A stretch of DNA of 64,000 nucleotides from assembly GCA_029258885.1 (NCBI GenBank), contig JAPDJW010000009.1, positions 1-64,000 of the forward strand, in the 5' to 3' direction. This document shows, in pieces, positions 50,068 to 59,236 of this stretch; within the stretch, counting starts at the first letter, position 1, and each line of letters starts with the position of its first letter. The position numbers and the translations under genes were made by a program. The DNA comes from Thermoproteota archaeon. Lineage in GTDB: Archaea; Thermoproteota; Thermoprotei; Thermofilales; B9-G17. The notes under the pieces were generated by a model. That model worked only from the letters and a program-made list of their open reading frames with translations. It made no database searches and was not told the origin of the DNA.

Positions 50068-51030
50068 TTATTCGTATAACACTACCTTGTTTTCATCCGT
50101 AAGTATCCTCTTATCCTCGGATAGACGCCTACGTATATGGGGTGGAATAGCAAATAAAGCCATTAACGTATCCTCAGTTAGGAACTTAGTCTTACCCTCA
50201 AGCATCCCCTTAAACCTGCTGGACAACACGTTTAAATCTAATTCTCTGTCGGAGGCTATAGTGAAAGTCCACTCATCGATAAACGATCTAACATAAGCCT
50301 TAGCAAGCCTAACGTTCCTAAAAACGCTATTGACGGTATTATAGATGAGGCTAACATACTTCAACTGGTAGTGTAGCCCAAGGCTCTGAGTAACGAGAAC
50401 ACCGTTCTCATTAAGCCTACGTTTAGCAGCCCTATAGAACTCCCTAGTATAAATGTGGGCTGAAACATCAGATAAATCGGTTACATCAACTATAATAACA
50501 TCAAACTTCCCATCATGTTCCTCAATATACTTCCTACCATCCATATAAACGACCTTAACCCTAGGATCCTTGAAGGCGCCGTCCGGTATCATAGGCATAA
50601 ACTTCTCAACAAGCTCAATAACGCTAGGATCAAGCTCAACCAGAACAACAGATTCAACGCAATCGTACTTTAAAACCTCCCTTAACGCCCCGCCATCCCC
50701 GCCGCCTATAATTAAAACCCTATGGGGGGAGCCGTGGAAAAGCATTGCAGGGTGAACCAGTGCCTCATGGTATATCCACTCATCCGAGACACAGACCTGA
50801 AGATGATTATCAATATACAGCGATAGCCCGCCATCAACAATATCCAGTACTTCAACGACCTGATGCTCCGAACGCTTGGAATAAACAACATCCTTAACCT
50901 CATCAAAAGTGTAGAGGCTATCAGTAACCTTCTCCACATAATACAGTTTATCCCCAATCCTCCTCAAACCAACAGCAACCCCAGACACAAGGGGATAAAA
51001 CCAAATACACCATATAAGCTTTACCTTCAC
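50068..51030 (-). CDS. speE: Polyamine aminopropyltransferase (second paralog)
   Basis: YHEALVHPAM, GGGDGG, VELD, DVTD; the true start is probably somewhat downstream of 51030. Confidence 0.9.
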   Translation of the reverse strand: MKVKLIWCIWFYPLVSGVAVGLRRIGDKLYYVEKVTDSLYTFDEVKDVVYSKRSEHQVVEVLDIVDGGLSLYIDNHLQVCVSDEWIYHEALVHPAMLFHGSPHRVLIIGGGDGGALREVLKYDCVESVVLVELDPSVIELVEKFMPMIPDGAFKDPRVKVVYMDGRKYIEEHDGKFDVIIVDVTDLSDVSAHIYTREFYRAAKRRLNENGVLVTQSLGLHYQLKYVSLIYNTVNSVFRNVRLAKAYVRSFIDEWTFTIASDRELDLNVLSSRFKGMLEGKTKFLTEDTLMALFAIPPHIRRRLSEDKRILTDENKVVLYE

Positions 51031-51089
51031 TAAAATAAAGAGCTAAGCCATAAGTAAATTCATAAGCCATATAGATAAAGGTAGACTGT

Positions 51090-51329
51090 ATGCGTAAAAG
51101 ACAAGTAAACCTTAAGCTAGAGGCCAGCCTAGTTAAGGAGGTCGAGGAACTCGTAGAAAAAGGGTATTTTAGGAGCAAGACTGAAGCATTCACGAAGGCA
51201 CTACAGCTCCTAATAAGAACCTATAAAGCCAAGGAAATAAGGGAGAAAATTGAGGATATTAGAAGGGAAACCGAAAACCTGCCAAGCACAACTAAAGCCG
51301 TAGCAGAGCTACATGAGGAAGAGGATTAA
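51090..51329 (+). CDS. Ribbon-helix-helix (CopG/Arc) protein, probable antitoxin
   Basis: VNLKL...L...VE.LVEKGYF.SK.EA pattern. Confidence 0.8.
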   Translation: MRKRQVNLKLEASLVKEVEELVEKGYFRSKTEAFTKALQLLIRTYKAKEIREKIEDIRRETENLPSTTKAVAELHEEED

Positions 51330-51470
51330 CGTTATCCGCTAAGGAAGCCGTAATCCTTCGATACTCTTAAAGCGGCCTAATAGAGGCGAAATGAAACATC
51401 ATGTAAGTAGGGAATATATTCGTAAACTAAGTTAGCAAAATTAAAGAACCGTAGTCAATATTTTTCAACT

Positions 51471-51824
51471 ATGAGAATTAAGACGGGCTTCGGATGGATA
51501 GAGGTAAACGGAGAAACATATAGGGAGGACATAGTCATACACGTCGACGGAAAAATAACCTACAGGGATAAATCGCTATCAAGACATTTAAGGCACCTCT
51601 ACGGTCACACACCATTAACGAAAAGAGAACTGGAATTCCTAGAGCAGGAGAAGCCTGAAATAGTATACATAGGCACGGGACAATATGGAGCACTACCAAT
51701 AACGGAGGATGCAAGGAAGTACCTAAGCAAATTTAAAACAATAATAAAGCCAACACCAGAAGCAATAAAAGACATAGAAAAGGAAAACAGAAAATACACA
51801 GCAATACTACACGTAACATGCTAA
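51471..51824 (+). CDS. Mth938-like (DUF498) domain protein, second paralog
   Basis: FGWIEVNG..Y..D, IGTGQYG, terminal LHVTC. Confidence 0.85.
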   Translation: MRIKTGFGWIEVNGETYREDIVIHVDGKITYRDKSLSRHLRHLYGHTPLTKRELEFLEQEKPEIVYIGTGQYGALPITEDARKYLSKFKTIIKPTPEAIKDIEKENRKYTAILHVTC

Positions 51825-51858
51825 GTAAACAGATAATCAAAAATGAGGTTAAAGATAT

Positions 51859-53041
51859 TTATTCAGCTTCTCTACTCTTAGAAGACTTTCTTCGCTTCCT
51901 TTTCCTCTTCCTCTTTTCCTCCTTCTCCCTCTCCTCCCTCATCTTACAGAGAGCATGACCAACCATAATCGATGCATACAGGTGAAGCTTCCAAGCCTCA
52001 GGACGATCCATATACTCCCAAACAACCTTCCTAGCAAGATCCCTAAACTCAACAGCTTCCTCATAAGTCAACTCATCCTTCTCAAAAAGCTCCTTAAGCC
52101 TCCTAAACTCCTCCTTAGTAAGAGGATTAATCACAGCAAGCCTTATCAAACTCTCAGCCTGACTCTTAACAAAAGTAGCCTTCTCCCTAGCCAAAACACC
52201 CTCAGAAGTCAAATACTCAACAAAAAAACTCCTGATAACTAACAAAAGCCCTACCCAACCCAACGACACGCCTACTTAAAACATCAAACCTAGAATCAAC
52301 ATACCTCCTAAACTCCCCAAACTCCTCCACAAGCTCCCCGACCCTACCCTCCAAAACCCCAACACGATCAACAAGCTCCCCAACAACCCTCCTCAAATCA
52401 CCAACCTCACCCTCAAGCCTACCAACCCTACCACCCAACTCCCCCACCACCCCCTCCAACCCAACAATCCTATCATTCAACCGACCAACCTCACCCTCAA
52501 GCCTGCCTATTCTACCATTTAACTCGCTCAATCCACTTTCAAGCTTTTCGTTTCTCTCCTCAAGCCTACCCATTCTACCGTTCAACAGGCTCGCCTCATT
52601 CTCAAGCTTACCTATTCTGCTATTAAGCTGGCTTACCTCGTTCTCAAGCTTTCCAGTTCTCTCCTCAAGCTTACCCATTCTACCGTTAAGCTAGTCTACC
52701 TTACCCTCAACCCTCCCAAGTCTTTCCTCAAGCCCCCCTACCCTATCCTCCAATGAATCCATTCTATTTTCCAGCGCCTTCAACCTATTCTCAACGCCAT
52801 CAAGCCTCTCCTCAATCCTCCCAATCCTAGACTCCACATCAATAAACTTCTTCTTAAACCAGTCAGAATTCTCCTCAAGAGACCTAATCCTAGACTCAAT
52901 AACATCAAACCTCTCATAAACCCTCCTAAACTCCCCCTCAATAGATGAAAACCTCCCCCCAAGCCAGTAAACGATACCACCAAGTACAGAAATAACCGTA
53001 ACACCTGTACCAACGATAGCCAACAGCAACTCAAACTCCAT
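51859..53041 (-). pseudogene. paREP15-like coiled-coil protein, interrupted by an in-frame TAG and a T7 frameshift
   Basis: Three ORF pieces join into N-terminal TM (VYWLGGRF), heptad repeats and a C-terminal SYQEFFVEYL...NPLTKEE...RPEAWKLHLYASIMVG domain. TAG at 52691-52693 is in frame; the T7 run near 52222-52228 shifts frame. Confidence 0.8.
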
Positions 53042-53192
53042 AATACCACATAATAAAATAACAAAAAACTAAATAAAACTAACGCAAAACCATTACACAA
53101 GTCCTATAAATAACAATCCACCCTAACAAACATATACAGACTAATATCACACCAACTAAATAAAACCAATCACAACTTAAAGGGAAACTACC

Positions 53193-54180
53193 CTAAAGCC
53201 TCATCAATACACCCCATAACCTCCCTAGCATAAATCAGCAATTTCCCCTTCTCATCCCTACTTAAGGATCTAAAGTGCATAGCATTATTCCTAATATACT
53301 CCAACTCCTTAAGCCTAGCCCTTACGAAATCCTCATCCTTAAACACATATTTGAATACGTCCATCCAATTATCTCTCCGAGGAATTATCTTGCTATAATC
53401 AGAGAAATTAATATATGCTATGGGGGTATTCTTCTCCTTTGCACTTATCCAAGGCTATATCGACTTTTCTTTTCAGCATTCTCCCTTACATCGCTTGAAA
53501 TTCTCTCAATTCACCACTTTTCAGTTAACTCTAGAAGCTTTGCCACTATAAGATTTCTCAGTGAAAGCTCTAAATTCTCAATTACCTCATAATCTCCAAT
53601 TTTCTCACTTTCTGCTTTTAACAAGCTCGAAAGAGACAATACTACATCCCTAACTAAAGGTTTAATAATACTTATTACTAAAAGCAGTACATTCCGAGAC
53701 AGACATCCACCACAAATAAACATGTCCAATAATCCTTGCTAACTCTAAAAGCGTGTGCAAAATTAAAAGCAGTATGTTCACTTCAGCTAACTTAGCTAGT
53801 GCCTCCAGCGACTCCATTCTATTTTTCTCAAAAGTTTCTAAAAAATCATGCACCTCTAGTAAAAGACTCCTCTCTTCTGATAGCTTAGTAGAGGATAAGT
53901 ATTCTGTTAAAATTCTGCATGCCTTTTTTAGAAGTTCTCTATCATTCCTTATATCTTCAGTAAAATCATCAAGCTTTTTCCTCAAAGAAGAATATTCCCC
54001 TCTAATGAAGTTATACAGTTTAATTAGTTCTAGGAAATTCATAGAGAAATCATCCATCACCATCTTAAAATCCACGCCATCTAAAAGTTTCACAAGCTCA
54101 TCAGCGGCATCTAACCTCTCCCTTGGTGTCTCCGCCTCGGTGATTCTCCGAATTAAGGACCGCACCTCTTTAACAGACAT
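53193..54180 (-). pseudogene. Helical domain plus Swt1-like HEPN domain, multiply disrupted
   Basis: Stitched frames give YEVIENLELSLRNLIVAKL..KW*IERISSDVRENAEK...YINFSDYSKII.RRDNW..VF...F.D...L.EL..IRNNAMHFR. One nonsense codon and about three frameshifts. Confidence 0.7.
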
Positions 54181-54457
54181 ATTCCCACATATAGCAGGTT
54201 GATTCGTAGATAGATAATTAACACGTAAATATAGAACCAGAGGATTCATAGGAGCAAAATAACTTATTCTATAATCTTACAGTTTAGCTAAACTATTCCT
54301 CCTAATCGGGGGCCTACATTCTCTAAGCGAAAAACCTTCTGGCTAAATAATCTTAAAAAGCCTTACTTAAGCCACGTGAATGTGAAAGCGCTTAATCTAG
54401 AAGAAAACAAAATTTTTTAATGCAAAATACTTAGGAAGATTAAATAGGTGAATATGT

Positions 54458-56478
54458 ATGACTGGGAGAATAGGGCATTATACCATAATACTATGTCATC
54501 TATTAATCATTAGTAATTTTCTGCTATTAATATCTCCGATAAAACTTTACTCAGAACCACATCCTGTATCCCTAGTAAACGATGCTTCAGGAGACGTCGA
54601 TTTAAGCTATATCGACATAATCTCAGCCACCATCCAATCTTCAGCTGAAGGGTTAACCCTAACGATTAGTCTACGGGGAAAGGTGCCGGAAGACTTCAAG
54701 GGCGATCAACTCATATACAGGTGGCGTTTCGACACGCTAAACAACTACAGGAGGGGCTCATCCTATAGGGGGATTAGAAACGATTTCACTTTTAAAATAA
54801 TGTATACTCCTCAGAAGGGATGGATAATAGATGAGGTAGCTCAAGCTAAAATAATCAATTTTAGGAGAGACTGGATTATAATTAGTGGTTCACAAGTTAT
54901 TTTAAATATTCCAGCTGGCTTCTACTGCATGCTATATGGGGAGATCAGATGGATTATTGAGGCCCTAGCATATCAAGGTGGAGCTAATAAATTAGATGTA
55001 GCGCCGAACGATGGGTATTTTACAGCCTATATACCAAGCGAGCTAAGGCAGGCTCCCGAAGAACTGCATAATGTGGGTCCACGAGACTTCGAAATATTCG
55101 TGGGCAGAAGGGACTCCAAGGATACATATCACGTGGGCGCGGGTAAAGTAAACTCAATATCGTATAGTATCAGTAATACGAGTATTCTATATATAACATT
55201 AGGCGGAACATTCGGCTCCGGAGGAGTATATAAAAGCCTGGATGGCGGGAAAACGTGGATAAACGTATGGAGTGGTGAATGCACTTATGCAAGCTACGTT
55301 TTAGTTCATCCTGAAGATAGCGAGAGGGTAATAGTAACAACGATGTTTAAGGGAATATACATTACGAGCGACGGCGGTAGGACGTGGCAACAAACCTACA
55401 GTCAATGTACAGTCTGGCAGCTAGCACTGGATCCCCTAGATCCAAACCATGTATACGCTGCAAGTATAAAAGGTATTTTAGAAACCAGAAACTTTGGATG
55501 GACTTGGAAGCTGGTGTATAGGTCGGATAAGCCACTATACTCTATCTCGGTGGCAAGAAGCGGAGGACATATCTACGTATATGCTGGAGGTATAGGCGGT
55601 TGCCCCGATATAGTTGTTCTTAAAGACAACCTACTACGTAGAATAGACGTAAATAATGAGATAGATTCAACAGTTCATATAGTAGGTAGCCTAGCAGCCT
55701 CACAGAATACGCCCGGACTGGTATACGGACGCTATGCGGAAAAACGGAGTCACTATACGTTTCCACGGATTATGGTGCACACTGGAGTAAGGTGTCGGAG
55801 CCTGTAAGGCTAATATACTTTGATCCAATAAATGAAAGCATCCTAATAGGCGAAACATCATACAGCATCTCCATCAGCTATGATCAGGGAAAAACATGGC
55901 ATCAACTATTCCCATACAACATTAAGAACATTGACATACGCTATATTTCAATAAATCCAGTAAACAACGACAACATCTACATATGCTCCGATCAAGGACT
56001 GTGGGTAACGTACGATAGAGGCAAAACATGGGTACCGCTAAATAATATCAGCAACACATTAATCTATAATTCCGCAATAAATCCTAGATATAAAAACATC
56101 ATAATAACGTCCGTACAAGACTACTCGCCATTTACGTCGTTCGATGGAGGAATAACATGGCTACAATTGGATGCAAATAAAATAATAAATAATCCACCCG
56201 TAGGCGAGGGAGGAACAGTAGCTTTTAACCCATTTAGGCCTGAGCTAGCATACGCTTATACAACGGTTGGTTTTCAAATATCCGAAAACTACGGATACAG
56301 CTTTAGACATATATGGAATCTTCCGCCCATTTCAGCAAGTTCACCTGATGCAATAGCCTTTAACTACTCAAATCCCAAGGTGGTGTATCTGGCTACATCT
56401 AAGGGAATATACGTCAGCTTAAGCTTAACCCGATCCATACGCTATAAATGCATTACAACAATAAATCATTTAACCTAA
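54458..56478 (+). pseudogene. Secreted BNR/Asp-box beta-propeller protein split by a frameshift
   Basis: Repeated S.DGG.TW Asp boxes in both ORFs. The alternate frame across 55740-55795 reads KTESLYVSTDYGAHWSKVSEPV, joining them. The last blade breaks off after GIYVS. Confidence 0.75.
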
Positions 56479-56673
56479 AACAAGAGCGAATAGTTAAATG
56501 GGTGCTAATAACTTTATGTAATACGTATCATATCGCCTACTGTGGCTACACTAGCTACAACACTTCTATCTAAATAAGCTAGAACTATAGTACCATTCCT
56601 AAATCGAATAGAAGATTAAATCGTTAAATGTCTTTTAATAATGTAAGTATTTTAGATTTTAACTTATGCTTTT

Positions 56674-57600
56674 TTATTGTAGAAACCTAGTAATTTCATT
56701 AAGCATGGTCTTAAGCCTATTGTATAGCTCTTTAGCTTTATTCAGAATCTCTCTAGACTTAGAGGGATTAGACTTAATACGGTCGATATAGTTTTTAAGT
56801 TCCTTGATGCCCTTAGAGACCTCAAGCAGAAGGACTCCAGCCTCCTCAATACACTTCAAATCATCCAAATCCATAGATGATAAAGCATTATACGATGCAT
56901 ATGACAAAAACACATCCCTAAATCCAACATAATCCCCATAAAGCTCATCAACCATCCTCTCAATAGCTTCAGCTGCATTAACAATCCTAAAAACATTCCT
57001 TATAGCCTTAGAGGAAAACCTAGCTCCATCACGCTCCAAAACAACAACAGCATCATACAAGCCACTGAGAGCATCAGAGGGAATAACCCACCTAAAATCA
57101 ATAGTGGCCTCACACTCCCCAGCCCTAAATTGCTTACCAGAAGTACAGTAACGCCTATCATTTGAATGAACAAAGCAAACGTAAACAACACCTCTAACCC
57201 TCTTAGCACAACGTAACTTAATAGAAATCTCAACAATGTCACCAGCGAAAAACTCACCGCCAGAAACCTCAAACCCAGAAACCAAAAATAAGGATCTATG
57301 CAAAACCCAAGAAATAGCATAGACAAACAAAGAAAAACCAACAATAAACCAAAAATACCGAGAAACAAAGCACATAAGCCAACCACCACAACAATCGAAG
57401 ATATAAACGCAATTATCTGTGCTTCCTACAGCCAGTAATCCGTTATTGCTCCATGCAACACGTTCAATAATGCCTCCTGCCCCATATTTCCATTTTAGGT
57501 TGCCATATGTATCAAAAACATAAATGTTATCATCGCAGCTTCTTACTGCAAGCAATCCGTTATTGCTCCATGCGATACATTTGACTGTGCCTCCTGTCAT
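56674..57600 (-). CDS. Two-blade WD40 remnant fused in frame to a TM + Ig-like + helical protein
   Basis: Two AWSNNGLLAV units, TM helix, W.IP.DA..G.Y Ig-like motif, helical tail. Alternative internal start ATG 57375 has a GGTGG SD. Confidence 0.6.
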   Translation of the reverse strand: MTGGTVKCIAWSNNGLLAVRSCDDNIYVFDTYGNLKWKYGAGGIIERVAWSNNGLLAVGSTDNCVYIFDCCGGWLMCFVSRYFWFIVGFSLFVYAISWVLHRSLFLVSGFEVSGGEFFAGDIVEISIKLRCAKRVRGVVYVCFVHSNDRRYCTSGKQFRAGECEATIDFRWVIPSDALSGLYDAVVVLERDGARFSSKAIRNVFRIVNAAEAIERMVDELYGDYVGFRDVFLSYASYNALSSMDLDDLKCIEEAGVLLLEVSKGIKELKNYIDRIKSNPSKSREILNKAKELYNRLKTMLNEITRFLQ

Positions 57601-57779
57601 GCGTCTCCATTTTGGGGTTATTTCGATTTGTATAATCGAGGCTGTTATTGTTACTATTAAAATTATAGTTGTTATAAGTGTGAGTTTTTTAAAACTGCTT
57701 TTAATATTAATGTTGAGTTTTTCATTGCTATTAGTAAATTACTTTTAATGATTATTAATTTAACTATTCTTGGAGTTTA

Positions 57780-59138
57780 TTAGATGTTCTTGTAGAGGTT
57801 TAGAATCCAGTTCCACAGTGGTGTTACTTTTATCTTTTTATTATTTTTCCTTATTTCGTCTTCTTGGCTCCATGTTATTATCTCTAGGTTTCTGCATCCG
57901 AGTGTTTTTGAGGCTTTAAATAGCGTCTCTACCTCTCTCCTCCACTGTTCCCTATCATCATACTCTAGATGGTATGTGACCTGTATCAGTTGCTTCACTC
58001 TCCCTTCATCCAGTACTATGAAGTCTACTTCCCTGCCGTTTTCCCTATAGTAAAATATATCTTGGTTCTCCCTGAGCCCCTTCTTTCTGAGCTCCATGAA
58101 TACTAGGTTTTCTAGGAGTCTTCCATAGAGCTCTGCCGTATGTATACCGTACACTCTTGTTAGTCCATTATCGACTACGTATAGCTTGGGTATACTCTGC
58201 TCAACTATCCTAAGGGATTTCGAGTATCGTTTGAGAGGAAAGGCTATGTAGGCGTCGTTCATATATTCGAGGTAGTTATAGAGCGTGTTTCTACTAACCT
58301 TCAGCCCAATGCTCTTCATATAGTTTGTAGTCCTCTTAATCGAAAATTCCCTAGCAAAGCCCGTAAACACGGCCTTGAAGAACAGTTTAACAAGCTTCAG
58401 GTTCTTCAGCCTATGCCTTTCAACGATGTCCCTATATAGCATCACGTTTGCATACTCCCTCAATATCCTATCCTTCTCCTCCTTTAAGACGACTTCTGGG
58501 AAGCTTCCATACTCCAAATAGCTTCTAAGCTCTTTCCTCACAAGAGCCTCAGTCCTCGTGGACATATACCTATCCACGGATACTCCTCTAGCCCTAAGTA
58601 TCTCGTTAAAGTTGAAAGGGAATATTTCGTAAATTAAGGTTCTACCCCTAAGTATAGATGCAATCTCCTTAGATAGGAGTTTGGAGGAGGATCCCGTAAC
58701 GAAAACTAGGCATCTGTCTCTCTCAACCATCCTCTTCACAAACCTCTCCCAGCCCTCAACCTCCTGAACCTCATCGAGAAAGAGGTACCGAATCTCCCTT
58801 CCAGAGTAAATACTCCTCAAAACCTTCACGGCAAGATCTAGATCGGATAGGGATGGCGGATAAAGCCTATCATCATCAAGCGGCAGGAAGCCTGACGGAT
58901 ACTTATCCCTAACCCGCTGATACATATATAGGAGGAAGAAGGTCTTCCCAGCCCTTCTAGGCCCAACAATTGAAATAGCCTTACGGAGAGAAACATTAAG
59001 CGGGACCTTTAAATCCCTACGTACAATATCCTCCCTTCTCTCCTCAAACTCCCTAATCACTTGACCGATAACATACTCTCTATCCATGTTAAGTATAGAG
59101 TGCAACTTTCCAATAAAGTTTCCCTCCATAATTAACAT
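57780..59138 (-). CDS. AAA+ ATPase (AAA_14) with DUF4143 C-terminal domain
   Basis: GPRRAGKT, LFLDEVQ, VTGSSS, LRGR, KLYVVDNG, ENLVF, EVDF. Confidence 0.9.
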   Translation of the reverse strand: MLIMEGNFIGKLHSILNMDREYVIGQVIREFEERREDIVRRDLKVPLNVSLRKAISIVGPRRAGKTFFLLYMYQRVRDKYPSGFLPLDDDRLYPPSLSDLDLAVKVLRSIYSGREIRYLFLDEVQEVEGWERFVKRMVERDRCLVFVTGSSSKLLSKEIASILRGRTLIYEIFPFNFNEILRARGVSVDRYMSTRTEALVRKELRSYLEYGSFPEVVLKEEKDRILREYANVMLYRDIVERHRLKNLKLVKLFFKAVFTGFAREFSIKRTTNYMKSIGLKVSRNTLYNYLEYMNDAYIAFPLKRYSKSLRIVEQSIPKLYVVDNGLTRVYGIHTAELYGRLLENLVFMELRKKGLRENQDIFYYRENGREVDFIVLDEGRVKQLIQVTYHLEYDDREQWRREVETLFKASKTLGCRNLEIITWSQEDEIRKNNKKIKVTPLWNWILNLYKNI

Positions 59139-59236
59139 ATAATTACACGAGGAAACAGCAATTAGACTACCTAAGATATGTAACTAAATTAATTGTTTTC
59201 TTTTCTATTAGATAAAAACGTAGATATACCGTAGTT

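Noticed and set aside
52691-52693. Pyrrolysine or programmed amber readthrough
   Set aside because: No pyl genes in the window; the codon matches CAG in the sister repeat, and a second lesion exists downstream.
52780-53100. 106-aa Leu/Gly-rich alternate-frame ORF
   Set aside because: Out-of-frame overlap of the paREP15-like gene, caused by G/T-rich codon bias.
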